A DNA stretch of 31,423 bases from a virus: positions 1 through 31,423 of IMG/VR virus record IMGVR_UViG_3300019458_000019. The stretch is one strand, 5' to 3'. The notes beneath the pieces were generated by a model. It saw only the letters and a program-made list of their open reading frames with translations, searched no databases and was not told where the DNA came from. Made by a program: the position numbers and the translations under genes. Below, one piece after another: positions 1 through 9,220 of this stretch (positions are counted from its first letter, which is position 1; the number at the start of each line of letters is the position of its first letter).

Positions 1-123
1 AAATGTTGAAGATACTTTTGCCGTAGTCATTGATGATGCCCCTGTCGGCGTGATTGAGGGCGATGAGGACAGCCAAGTGGTCAAGAAATGGGCTGCTGGC
101 GATATTGAAGGATATGTCCGCGA
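1..123. repeat. Left copy of 123-bp terminal direct repeat (identical to 31301..31423); circularisation or terminal-redundancy overlap
   Basis: Direct reading: bases 1-123 (aaatgttgaagatacttttgcc...gatatgtccgcga) recur exactly at 31301-31423. Confidence 0.97.
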
Positions 124-877
124 AAAAAGCATTGGATTGCTTTTGCTCAACCTCTTTGGCGCGGTTGTGACTTCAGACAATCCCGACACCGATCCTTCGG
201 TGAAAGATCACGACTTTTCAGTGCTGCAATCTGTGCAGCATCCTTCCCTGACAGTAGCCCTCAAACATCCGAACGAAGGGCTGCGCTTCGCGCTCGGCAT
301 GATCAACACCTTTTCGTTCAGCATCGTGCTGGACAGTTTGGTGCGCTTTTCAGCGAACATCATGGCGAGAAAAGGCGCGTCAGCAGCAGACACTGTTGCC
401 TACACTTCAGAGAGCGAGTTCAACGCACGTCATGTCACCGTGAAGTTCGCAACGAACCTCGCTGGACTTGACGCTGCAACAGCAATCAAGGCGAAGGCAG
501 TCACGGTGAACTTTGAGAAGAACATTGAGAGCGATGACATTGTTGGTTCTGTTGATCCAAACGACTTCAACAACAAGAAGTTCATGGTCAATGGCACGGT
601 TGAGTTGCTCTATGATGACACCACGCACAAGTTGGTGGCTCTTGCCTCAACCGCAAAGGCACTGCGCGTGGAACTCAAGAACACCGATGTGACGATTGGC
701 GCAACAGCAAACCCGACACTTCAGGTTGATATGGCAAAGGTGAAGATCACCGAGTGGTCAAGCGACAAAGTGAACGATGACTTGGTGCGCCAAGTGCTGA
801 CCTTCAGTGCCTACTACTCCATGACTGACAGCAAGATGGTCACGGCAAAGTTGACCAATACGCAAGCATCCTACTAA
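2..877 (+). CDS. Major tail (tube) protein, C-terminal portion. The ORF opens at 31200 and runs through the terminal overlap (325 aa when circularised).
   Basis: The frame is open from base 2 and continuous with the ATG at 31200 (101 nt + 877 nt = 978 nt, in frame). It sits directly upstream of the chaperone pair and tape measure and downstream of the head-tail joining genes. Function is assigned by synteny. Confidence 0.6.
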   Translation, partial: NVEDTFAVVIDDAPVGVIEGDEDSQVVKKWAAGDIEGYVREKSIGLLLLNLFGAVVTSDNPDTDPSVKDHDFSVLQSVQHPSLTVALKHPNEGLRFALGMINTFSFSIVLDSLVRFSANIMARKGASAADTVAYTSESEFNARHVTVKFATNLAGLDAATAIKAKAVTVNFEKNIESDDIVGSVDPNDFNNKKFMVNGTVELLYDDTTHKLVALASTAKALRVELKNTDVTIGATANPTLQVDMAKVKITEWSSDKVNDDLVRQVLTFSAYYSMTDSKMVTAKLTNTQASY

Positions 878-887
878 CAGATGAACT

Positions 888-1238
888 ATGAACCACGAAA
901 GGGAAACCATCACCATTGAAACGCCGATTGAAAAGCATCAAGTCGTGCTGAAATCGTACCTGACAGGACGCGAGAAACGATCTATCACTTCTGTGTTCTT
1001 GCGAAATGCGCAGATTGACGCGGTTGGCAAGGACACAGCAATCAAGGGCATGACGGGCAGCGTTGTTGAGGAAGCAGAAAACACTGCTCTTTCCACAGTC
1101 ATCGTCAGCATTGATGGGACTGCGGAAAACATTGTTGAGCGCGTGTTGGATATGCACAGCGGCGACTATGCCTTCCTTGTTTCCGAAGTGAACAAGATCA
1201 CGTCAGACGTTGAAACGCAAAAAAAAACAGCGAACTGA
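888..1238 (+). CDS. Tail assembly chaperone (lambda gpG-like)
   Basis: 116-aa ORF between the major tail and tape measure genes. It ends 10 nt after a slippery A-run. Confidence 0.65.
   Translation: MNHERETITIETPIEKHQVVLKSYLTGREKRSITSVFLRNAQIDAVGKDTAIKGMTGSVVEEAENTALSTVIVSIDGTAENIVERVLDMHSGDYAFLVSEVNKITSDVETQKKTAN
1220..1226 (+). promoter_or_regulatory. -1 programmed ribosomal frameshift slippery heptamer A_AAA_AAA
   Basis: There is a run of 9 A at 1219-1227. In the 888 frame the codons read CAA AAA AAA ACA, so 1220|1221-1223|1224-1226 fits X_XXY_YYZ. The -1 frame is open from here to 1450. Confidence 0.6.
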
Positions 1239-1450
1239 TCGCTGACTACTCGCGGTATCTGTTGCACGGTGGCGGCACGTTGAGCCAAGAAGTTCTGATG
1301 GCGATTGTGTGCGAAAAGATGGGGTGGACGTTTGACCAGTATCTTTCGCAGCCGACTTGGTTCATCAACCTTCTTTTGGCAAAGTTTTCGGCAGACACAA
1401 AGAACGCCGAAATGATGCGCAAACGCTATGGCAACAACCGCAACACTTGA
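1226..1450 (+). CDS. -1 frame extension of the tail chaperone (gpT-like part of a G-T fusion, about 187 aa total)
   Basis: The -1 frame reads K K N S E L I A D Y S R Y L L H G G G T... without a stop to 1450. It has no ATG or convincing RBS of its own (the track start is a TTG) and overlaps the tape measure start. Confidence 0.55.
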   Translation, partial: NSELIADYSRYLLHGGGTLSQEVLMAIVCEKMGWTFDQYLSQPTWFINLLLAKFSADTKNAEMMRKRYGNNRNT

Positions 1451-3386
1451 TATTGTCCTTTCAGCCCGCGATACCGCAAGCGCGGCAATCAAGGGCGTTG
1501 GAAAAGCCGCCGATGAACTCGGTGCGCGTTTTGAGGCAGCAGAAAAGTCAAGCAAAATACTGCTTGGCAGTGTTTCGGCGTTGGCGATAGGCGTTGGCAC
1601 GACATCGTTCAAGGCGTTCATTGATGCAGAAAAACAACTTGCCCGCGTTGATGCAATCTTGAGAACATCCACGGGATCGTTTGAAGAAAACAGAAAGGCA
1701 GTGCTTGCCGCTGCTTCGGCTGCCGTGAAACTCGGCTTTGATGATGAGGAAGCAGCAGAAAGCATTGCTCGGATGTTTCAGCGCACTGGAAGTTTGACCG
1801 AAGCGACAAAACTGAACGCGCTCGCAATGGACTTGGCGCGTGCAAAAAACATTGAACTTTCGCAAGCAAGCACACTGGTTGGTCAGGTTCTGTCAGGCAA
1901 TGCCCGCGTCCTCAAGCAGTTCGGCATTGAACTTGATGAAACCAAAACGCCTATGGAAGCCCTTGTGGAACTTCAGGGCAAAGTTGCAGGTCAGGCAGAA
2001 GCGTTTGCGGGCACGACTTCAGGTGCTATTGCTACGTTTCGCCAGCAAGTTCAAAACTTGCAAGAGGAACTCGGCGCATTGATTGCTTCCGCAGTCACGC
2101 CGCTTATCAAGCGGGCAAACGAACTGATCGCATCGCTTGGCGGACTTGACGGCATTTTGCAGCGCATCCGTGCGTTCATTTCCGAGAACAAAGAACTGAT
2201 CATCGTGCTTGCTGGCGCGTTCACTGGTGCGCTATTGCCCGCACTGGTCAGTATTGCCGCTGGCTTTGTGGCGTTTGTAGCACCGCTTTTGCCCTTTTTG
2301 GCTATCGGCGCAGGCATTGCGCTTCTTTTGGCTGAACTGACTGACAACTTCACGAACCTTGATGCAGTTATTGATCCAGTCAAAAACTCGCTGCAAGCAG
2401 TTCGGGACTTCTTTGCTGAAGGCACGATTGCTGGCGATACGTTGCGCGGGATCATTGCGGGGTTGAAGTCAGCATTTGGTGAAATGATGACCGCGCTGCA
2501 ACCCTTGATTGAGGAAATGAAACCGTGGCTGCCTATCCTTGCGGAACTTGGCAAAATCATTGCCGCAGTTGTTGTGGTTGGATTGATCACGTTGCTTGGT
2601 GTCATCACTGGGCTTGTGGCGGCTGCCATACCGTTGATCACGAACTTGCTCAAAGCGTTCCGTGAGTTTTTTGAGTTCGTGGCAAACGGTATTGCAGGCA
2701 TCATATTGATATTTCAAGGTGATCTGCCAGCGGCAACAGCGGCTTTTCAAGAGGGTTTTCAATCTTTCCTTGATTTTTGGAAGGCGGCTTTTGACACGCT
2801 CATTGAAACAGTCAAAAAGTTTTTTGATGTGACAATAGGTTTCTTCACTGATCTGTTCACCAAACTCATCGGTGCATCAATCATCCCCGATATAATCAAC
2901 GGCATCGTTGACTGGTTCGGGAAGTTGCCATCACTTGTTGGCGGCGTTCTTGTTGGCTTCATTTCAGGCGTGCTTCAAACCTTCGGACAGTTCAAGGCAG
3001 ACCTGACAAGCAAAGTCGGTGAGATTGCCAACGCAGTCGTGCAGGGCTTTCAGAACATGGTGCAGCAGGCGCAACAGTTGGCGCAGCAAGCCCTACAAGC
3101 CGCAGCATCGGCTGCACAGGCGGCTGGCGGGGCTGTGAGGGGTGCTGCAACGCAGATTGGAAGGGCTGTTGGGCTTCAAGAGGGCGGCATTGTGACCCGT
3201 CCGACCCTTGCCATGATCGCCGAAGGCGGAAGCCCCGAAGCAGTCATCCCGCTGAACCGCGCAGGCGGATTTGGCGGCTTGACCCTCAACTTCAATGGCA
3301 ATGTGTTTGCAGATGATCCTGAAAGGTTTGCAAACGATATTGGCGATGCGGTCATCCGCCGCCTCAATCTTCAGGTTCGCCTATGA
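1428..3386 (+). CDS. Tail tape measure protein
   Basis: 652 aa. The N-terminus is Ala-rich and helical, the centre is long and hydrophobic, and the C-terminus carries a conserved motif (GGIVTRPTLAMIAEGGSPEAVIPL). It lies after the chaperone pair. Confidence 0.9.
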   Translation: MATTATLDIVLSARDTASAAIKGVGKAADELGARFEAAEKSSKILLGSVSALAIGVGTTSFKAFIDAEKQLARVDAILRTSTGSFEENRKAVLAAASAAVKLGFDDEEAAESIARMFQRTGSLTEATKLNALAMDLARAKNIELSQASTLVGQVLSGNARVLKQFGIELDETKTPMEALVELQGKVAGQAEAFAGTTSGAIATFRQQVQNLQEELGALIASAVTPLIKRANELIASLGGLDGILQRIRAFISENKELIIVLAGAFTGALLPALVSIAAGFVAFVAPLLPFLAIGAGIALLLAELTDNFTNLDAVIDPVKNSLQAVRDFFAEGTIAGDTLRGIIAGLKSAFGEMMTALQPLIEEMKPWLPILAELGKIIAAVVVVGLITLLGVITGLVAAAIPLITNLLKAFREFFEFVANGIAGIILIFQGDLPAATAAFQEGFQSFLDFWKAAFDTLIETVKKFFDVTIGFFTDLFTKLIGASIIPDIINGIVDWFGKLPSLVGGVLVGFISGVLQTFGQFKADLTSKVGEIANAVVQGFQNMVQQAQQLAQQALQAAASAAQAAGGAVRGAATQIGRAVGLQEGGIVTRPTLAMIAEGGSPEAVIPLNRAGGFGGLTLNFNGNVFADDPERFANDIGDAVIRRLNLQVRL

Positions 3387-4897
3387 GTGCAACCATCAAA
3401 ATCGCAACAGTTGACCGAACCAGCAAAGTTGACTGGCGCAGTTTGAACTTGAACCGTGCAATCACCAATCAGATTGACACGCTGACTTTTGACATCAAAC
3501 GCAAAACGGGGGCTGACTATAAGCCCGCGCTGAACGATGACATTGAACTGTTTGATGATGCCGCAAAGATTTTTGGCGGCAAGATTGTGGAAATGGATGA
3601 AACTGTTGATGCAGCACGGCTTGAAACGGTCAGCGTACTTTGCAAGGATCACTCTTTTGAGTTTGACCGAAAGCGCGTTGTGAAGGTGTACGAAACGCCT
3701 GCGTTCACGACCTATGGCGCGGTGGTCAATGACATCATTGCGAACTTCACCAGCGGCTTCACAAACACGGGGGTGAACTCGCCAGTGCCGTTCAACTATA
3801 TGCGCTTCAACTATGAGCAGCCGACCAAGTGCTTGCAGCAGTTGGCAGAACAGATCGGATATGACTGGTGGATTGATGCTGACAAGGTTGTTCACTTCAA
3901 AGCGAAGTTCATTGAAACCTCGCCCTTCAATCTTACGGACACAAACGGGAAATACTATTTTGACAGTTTGAAAATCAGGAAATCGCTCAAGAACTTGCGC
4001 AACACGATTTTTGTGCGCGGCGGCGAGTTCAAAGGCGCATCGTTCACGGAAGTCCTTGTGGCTGATGGCACAGAAAAAGTTTTCAAACAGGGCTACCGAT
4101 ACAGCGCGATCCCGCCCGCCACAAGCATTGTGGTCAAGAAAGGCGGCGTGACGCAAAGCGTTGGCACTGACAATATCCATGATCCAACCGCGTTTGATGT
4201 TCTATACAACTTCGCGGAAAAGGCAGTGAAGTTCCGCGATGACAACAAGCCCGCAGCAAGCGTGACCGTTGAAGTCACGGGCTTGCCGCATATCCCCGTG
4301 ATCATCCGAACGCGCGACAACACAAGCGTTGCGCAGTTCGGCGAACATGAACACAAAATCATTGACAAGAGCATCAACAGCAAAGACGGCGCACGCGACA
4401 GGGCTGCGCAAGAGATCATCCAGTGGGCTTCAACAATCAATGAGGGCGAGTTCATCACCAAAGAAAGCGGGCTGGATGCAGGGCAAAAAATCAACATCCA
4501 AAGCACGCTTCGCAACATTGACACGAACTATGTGATCAGCCGCATCACAACAAAGATGAAAAGCCCGTCAGATTTTGTTCATCATGTGGTGCTGATGAGT
4601 ACGCAGGTTTTCGGCATGGTTGAGTTCTTGCAAAATCTGCTCATCCAAAAGGACAAAGAAATACAGATCAATGAGAACGAAGTGCTTGACCGTATTGAAA
4701 CGGCAATGGAAACAGTCGTCATCACCGAAGCGTTTGTGGTTTCAATAGCACACAATGCACAGTTGGAAAGCATCGGCGCAAGCGAGTTGTTCACTGTTCA
4801 AGCCCTCAACTACCCCGTGGAGTTTGTCTATGCGCCGTTTCCCGTGCCAACGGGTTTCAAGCGCGAGGGCAACTTTGACGGGGCTGTGTACGGCTGA
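3383..4897 (+). CDS. Minor tail protein (distal tail or tail-tip hub candidate)
   Basis: 504 aa with an ATGA overlap onto the tape measure stop. The call rests on its position immediately after the tape measure; I recognised no specific motif. Confidence 0.5.
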   Translation: MSATIKIATVDRTSKVDWRSLNLNRAITNQIDTLTFDIKRKTGADYKPALNDDIELFDDAAKIFGGKIVEMDETVDAARLETVSVLCKDHSFEFDRKRVVKVYETPAFTTYGAVVNDIIANFTSGFTNTGVNSPVPFNYMRFNYEQPTKCLQQLAEQIGYDWWIDADKVVHFKAKFIETSPFNLTDTNGKYYFDSLKIRKSLKNLRNTIFVRGGEFKGASFTEVLVADGTEKVFKQGYRYSAIPPATSIVVKKGGVTQSVGTDNIHDPTAFDVLYNFAEKAVKFRDDNKPAASVTVEVTGLPHIPVIIRTRDNTSVAQFGEHEHKIIDKSINSKDGARDRAAQEIIQWASTINEGEFITKESGLDAGQKINIQSTLRNIDTNYVISRITTKMKSPSDFVHHVVLMSTQVFGMVEFLQNLLIQKDKEIQINENEVLDRIETAMETVVITEAFVVSIAHNAQLESIGASELFTVQALNYPVEFVYAPFPVPTGFKREGNFDGAVYG

Positions 4898-4908
4898 TCC
4901 CTCAAAAA

Positions 4909-4917
4909 TGATATAAT
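4909..4917 (+). promoter_or_regulatory. Extended -10 promoter element TGATATAAT
   Basis: TGnTATAAT lies in the 26-nt gap before 4924. The hexamer ends 6 nt before the ATG (leaderless geometry). There is no -35 at canonical spacing. Confidence 0.35.
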
Positions 4918-4923
4918 GCAACC

Positions 4924-5409
4924 ATGAGCAACGACATCAAAATCAAAGCAGGCGAAGGCAGCAAAGCAATCGGTGTTTGGCGTTTTCTTGTCCGTGATAC
5001 GATCACGGGAAAAACCCGCGAGTATGTGATCAAAAACCTGATCCCGACTGCGGGGCGAGAACAGATTGCCAAAGCACTTGAAGGCACAATCGCAACGGTC
5101 AGTGACATCAAAATCACGCATACTTCGCTTGGCACTGGCACAAACGCGCCAGCAAACAGCGACACGCAGTTGCAGACCGAAACTTTCAGAAAGGTGGTTG
5201 CCTCATCAACGCACTCGCTCAACCAACTTTTCATCACGGCTTTCTATGCAGCAAACGAGGGCACGCCATCAACGCACCGCGAGGCAGGTTTGCATATCGG
5301 TGCAACGGCTACACCAAACAGCGGCACTCTTTTCAGCCGCGTTGCCATCAATATCACGCGATCAGTGACCGAAACCTTGACGATTGACTACACAATCACT
5401 TTCACATAG
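4924..5409 (+). CDS. Tail-associated structural protein, function unknown
   Basis: 161-aa ORF between the minor tail protein and the fibre gene. The sequence looks beta-rich (GTGTNAPANSDTQLQTE...). Confidence 0.55.
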   Translation: MSNDIKIKAGEGSKAIGVWRFLVRDTITGKTREYVIKNLIPTAGREQIAKALEGTIATVSDIKITHTSLGTGTNAPANSDTQLQTETFRKVVASSTHSLNQLFITAFYAANEGTPSTHREAGLHIGATATPNSGTLFSRVAINITRSVTETLTIDYTITFT

Positions 5410-5411
5410 GC

Positions 5412-8400
5412 ATGGCACTCACAAACACACACCTTGCTGGTGACAAAATCAAAGCCGAGGACATGAACGATACGGTGGATGCTATCTTGCAGGCAAACCA
5501 CAACATTTTTGAGTTGGCACTGCAAAACTATTTTGCCTCACTTTCCACTCCAGTGACGGGGCTGATTTTTGACGGCTTCAGCGATACCGCAAAAGCAGAC
5601 ATTGCCAGCACAACGCTTGCTGCACAGGCGGCATCAGGACAAGCAAACCTGCTTGTTTCATCTTCAACTGGCTTTGCAGCAAACAAAAGCATCAGCATTT
5701 TTGATGGCATCAATCTTGAGGAAGGGATTGTGCAAAGCACTTCAGTGAGCGATGGCTTCATCAATGATATTTCCAACACGGGCACAAACAGTTTCAATCT
5801 TGGTGCAATCAACAGCGGAACGCCAAGATGGATTGCGCAGAGTTTTCAACCAACACAAACTGGCATTGCAAGCAAGGCAACTTTTCGCCTTGACGGTTTT
5901 GGTTCAAGCATCACCATCAGAGTTTTGTGCGAAATCAGAACAGACAATGCAGGCGCACCAAGCAGTACGGTTCTTGCTACGAGCAGTTATATCAGGATTG
6001 ATGGCAATGACCCTGCTGCGGATCGTACTTTTGATTTTGCTGGTACAGTCACGCTCAATGCGGGCACAACATACTGGTTCGTTTTGAAGCACCACAACGC
6101 AGACAATGCCGTTGATGTGTATGGCAGCAGCACCAGCAACTATGCAAACGGCGCGGGCGCATACAGCGACAACAGCGGATCATCATGGACGGCTGGCTTC
6201 CCGAACGCTGCAAGCGGGGATGCCTATTTCATCTACAACATGGCAGTTGGTGAAGCATTGGATCAGAGCCAAACAACATCTGAAGCCAATCAGATTGCCA
6301 ACTTCCAAAGCAGTTTCACAAGTTGGCAGGCACAATCTTTTGTTCCCGCAACAAGCGGAAACATCAGGGCAGTGAGCGTGAGTGCGCGTGCCAACAGCCC
6401 GCAATATGGTATGTCGTTGAACTGTTCAATATACAGCGACAGTGGAAACCAACCGAGTGCGCAGATTGGTCAAGCAATGGTATCAAAACAAAATGCACCT
6501 GACGTGAAGGGCGAGTGGCGTTTTCACGTTGATGCAAGCGGTTCACAGATACCCGTGACGGCTGGCACAAAATACTGGCTTGTAGTGAAACTCGCAAGCC
6601 ACAGCAGCGGAACTGACAATGTTGATCTTTTCGGCGATAGTTCGGGCAATCCTTATACTTCAGGACAGTGCAAGTTCACTACCAACAGCGGCGGTAGTTG
6701 GAGTGATGGCGGCTTGAGTGCTGGCGGCGCAAACGCCGATCTTTGGTTCAAAACATTTTTGAGCGCAGACACAATCACGCTGACATCAAACCTGACCAAT
6801 ACATACGCATCGGGAAGCGCAGTGCGCAGGACTGGCGTTGAGTTTGAAACAACCAACAAGCGCATTTTGATTGAGGACGGGGTGTTTTCAAGCGTTGCCA
6901 GCGACAACTTCAATCGCGCTGACAGCAACACGGTTGGCGGCGGATGGGATGAGTTCGGTTTCAACGCTACGGCGGAACGGATTTTGAGCAATCGTTTGAG
7001 GATCACGCGGGATGCTGGCGGTTCAAGTTCAACGCTCTTTGGCGTTCGCAGGGATATTGGTGCAAACAGAGGCATCGGGCTTTCAACTCATATCATCTAC
7101 AATCCGCAGAACAACAGTGGCTTCGGCGATGAGAACGTCCGTGTCTATCCTTATTTTGGGCGCAATGACAATCTCGGAAACGGGCTTGGCATTGAAATCA
7201 ACCGAGGGCAGAACCCCGATGCTTGGGCGGTGCAGTTGGATGGTTCAAACCAATCAACTTTCACGCAAGATGTGGCACTCACAACTGATCACAATATATG
7301 GATTGACATTGTTGCTGGCGATGCAGCCAATCAGGTCAAGGTCAAGGTGTATCTGAACAGCGCAGGAAGCACAAAGCCAGCATCGCCATTGCATACCAGC
7401 CCGAACATCACATTGAACGCCACGCAGTTGCAGGGAACGTATGCAAAAATCTTCTTGAGCGCAAGCGGCACGTTTGATGTTGACTTTGATGACTACACAG
7501 CCGACTTCAGCGGCGTGAAAACGGCGCACTACTACATGAGGCGCAACGTGTTTCAAAGCGCGATGAACCTTGCGAAGTTGTGGGTGGTCAGGAACTTTCC
7601 GAGCCGTTTCAATCTATATGCTGCGATTGCGCAAAGCGCAACCACGCTTCAGATCAATGGTGACAAGCGTGCGCATTTTGCCGTGAACGATACGATTGAT
7701 GTTTGGAACAGCACAAACGAAGTGCGTGAACGCAAGACCGTTTCTGCTGTTGGTGGCGAACTCATACAAAGCACGCATAGTGTTGATTTTGAGCGTAGCA
7801 GCCAGCAGTACGGAAGCATTGCTGATGCGGCACAGACGGGGCTTGATCTTGCTGGAAACTTCACCATTGAAGGATGGCTGAAACTTGAAAGTGATCCCGC
7901 AAGCGGTGAAATCTTCGGCATCTGCGGCAAAGGAACTTCGCCATCAAATGTTCAATATGCGATTGACTACACGAACAGCGGCGGCAGCACGCGGCAGTTC
8001 CGCCTCTTTGTGAGCGACAACGGCAGCACGATCAACAGCGGCACGGTCAACTATACTCTGCCTGTTGGCGTATGGACGCATTTTGCGGTTGTGTATGACA
8101 ACGTGGCAGATAGCATGGAACTGTTCATCAACGGTGTCAGTCAAGGGACTGGCGCGGTTGGCGCGACTGGCGCACTGTTCAATAGCGCACAGCCGTTCGT
8201 GCTTGGCGTGCAACTTTTCAATGAAACGGCACGCGCCTTTGATGGTCGCATGGACAATGTGCGTGTTTGGTCAGTGAAGCGGACTGGCACGGAAATCCTC
8301 AACAACTACAACAACAACAACGTGGCAAACAACGCCACAAACCTTGTTGCCTATTGGCGGCTGGACAACAACTTCACTGACAGCAATCCGAACGCAAACC

Positions 8401-8759
8401 ATTTGACAAACAACAACAGCACAACCTTCAGCACAGATGTTCCTGAAAATGTTGCGCAAACGCAACTGACATTTTCGCCTGCCGTGGTTGTGGCTGGCGG
8501 ATTTGGCACGACTGCTTTTGTTGAGCGCGTGGACTTGCTGCCGAAAATCAGCATCGTTGATGGCGCGGCAAACGAAAGTTTGCAGACAATGACGTTCAAC
8601 AGAAGCATTGTGGACTTCACCAACAGCGAAGTTGAGGATGAGTACCAATACACGCCATCGCCCGCTGAAACTGACGTGACTGTGAAGTTGACCCTTTCAA
8701 GAAACAGCGTTGAAGCCGTGCCGTATGCAAAGCGGCTCGGCGTGACGTTGCACGACTAA
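5412..8759 (+). CDS. Tail fibre / receptor-binding protein with tandem beta-sandwich modules and a C-proximal LamG (concanavalin A-like lectin) domain
   Basis: 1115 aa. Two paralogous modules carry W.AQSF.P..(T/S)G ... AGT.YW.V.K ... SG.SW ... D..F (about 5770-6245 and 6270-6765). A DNFNRAD...GGGW jelly-roll-like segment follows. The Laminin_G_3 signature FTIEGWLKLES...WTHFAVVYDN...MELFINGV...FDGRMDNVRVWS spans about 7780-8310. Confidence 0.8.
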   Translation: MALTNTHLAGDKIKAEDMNDTVDAILQANHNIFELALQNYFASLSTPVTGLIFDGFSDTAKADIASTTLAAQAASGQANLLVSSSTGFAANKSISIFDGINLEEGIVQSTSVSDGFINDISNTGTNSFNLGAINSGTPRWIAQSFQPTQTGIASKATFRLDGFGSSITIRVLCEIRTDNAGAPSSTVLATSSYIRIDGNDPAADRTFDFAGTVTLNAGTTYWFVLKHHNADNAVDVYGSSTSNYANGAGAYSDNSGSSWTAGFPNAASGDAYFIYNMAVGEALDQSQTTSEANQIANFQSSFTSWQAQSFVPATSGNIRAVSVSARANSPQYGMSLNCSIYSDSGNQPSAQIGQAMVSKQNAPDVKGEWRFHVDASGSQIPVTAGTKYWLVVKLASHSSGTDNVDLFGDSSGNPYTSGQCKFTTNSGGSWSDGGLSAGGANADLWFKTFLSADTITLTSNLTNTYASGSAVRRTGVEFETTNKRILIEDGVFSSVASDNFNRADSNTVGGGWDEFGFNATAERILSNRLRITRDAGGSSSTLFGVRRDIGANRGIGLSTHIIYNPQNNSGFGDENVRVYPYFGRNDNLGNGLGIEINRGQNPDAWAVQLDGSNQSTFTQDVALTTDHNIWIDIVAGDAANQVKVKVYLNSAGSTKPASPLHTSPNITLNATQLQGTYAKIFLSASGTFDVDFDDYTADFSGVKTAHYYMRRNVFQSAMNLAKLWVVRNFPSRFNLYAAIAQSATTLQINGDKRAHFAVNDTIDVWNSTNEVRERKTVSAVGGELIQSTHSVDFERSSQQYGSIADAAQTGLDLAGNFTIEGWLKLESDPASGEIFGICGKGTSPSNVQYAIDYTNSGGSTRQFRLFVSDNGSTINSGTVNYTLPVGVWTHFAVVYDNVADSMELFINGVSQGTGAVGATGALFNSAQPFVLGVQLFNETARAFDGRMDNVRVWSVKRTGTEILNNYNNNNVANNATNLVAYWRLDNNFTDSNPNANHLTNNNSTTFSTDVPENVAQTQLTFSPAVVVAGGFGTTAFVERVDLLPKISIVDGAANESLQTMTFNRSIVDFTNSEVEDEYQYTPSPAETDVTVKLTLSRNSVEAVPYAKRLGVTLHD

Positions 8760-8760
8760 T

Positions 8761-8955
8761 ATGGCATATCCTTCAAAACTACCAAGCGGCGGCATTGAGT
8801 TCATCCGCAACAAAGAAGAAAAAGATCAGAAAGCGAAGTTGATTGCTTTGCAGGCAAAACTTCGCGGTCAGAAGGTGCGCAAAGGCAGCGACATTGGAAC
8901 ATCTGATCTTTCAGAGTTGGTGTATCATATCGCCCGCGAACTCAAAATAATATGA
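8761..8955 (+). CDS. Hypothetical protein (64 aa)
   Basis: The ORF fills the gap between the fibre gene and the lysis genes. It has an ATGA overlap with the next gene. Confidence 0.5.
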   Translation: MAYPSKLPSGGIEFIRNKEEKDQKAKLIALQAKLRGQKVRKGSDIGTSDLSELVYHIARELKII

Positions 8956-9212
8956 GCGAACGGCTTTTGACACAACTGATTGAGCGCATTGATGGTTTGG
9001 TTGAGGACGTGGGCTTCATCAAGGGCACTATGACGGGCATGGAAAAGCAGATGGCTGCGCAGAACGGCACTGTTGCCGAACTATCAAAGAAGGTGCAGCG
9101 GCACGAAATCATCTTTGGGAAGATCGGCGTTGTTGTCGCGTTGGTCGGCGCGGCGATGGGGCTGGTTGCTGGTATCGTTGGCGATTGGTTCAAGTCGCGT
9201 TTCAATCTTTGA
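8952..9212 (+). CDS. XhlA-like lysis-associated membrane protein (N-terminal coiled coil, single C-terminal TM)
   Basis: 86 aa with a helical N-terminus and a hydrophobic stretch (IGVVVALVGAAMGLVAGIVG) near the C-terminus. It lies upstream of the amidase, as xhlA does in PBSX-type cassettes. The call is based on architecture only. Confidence 0.5.
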   Translation: MSERLLTQLIERIDGLVEDVGFIKGTMTGMEKQMAAQNGTVAELSKKVQRHEIIFGKIGVVVALVGAAMGLVAGIVGDWFKSRFNL

Positions 9213-9220
9213 TGTCCTTT

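Noticed and set aside
1166-4180. Long minus-strand ORFs (e.g. 1166-1765, 2051-2704, 3371-4180; likewise 21525-22217, 26219-26779, 30451-30930)
   Set aside because: All lie antisense to strongly supported + strand genes (tape measure, tail, portal, protease). Their translations are Cys/Arg/Ser-rich and non-protein-like, so I treat them as shadow ORFs.
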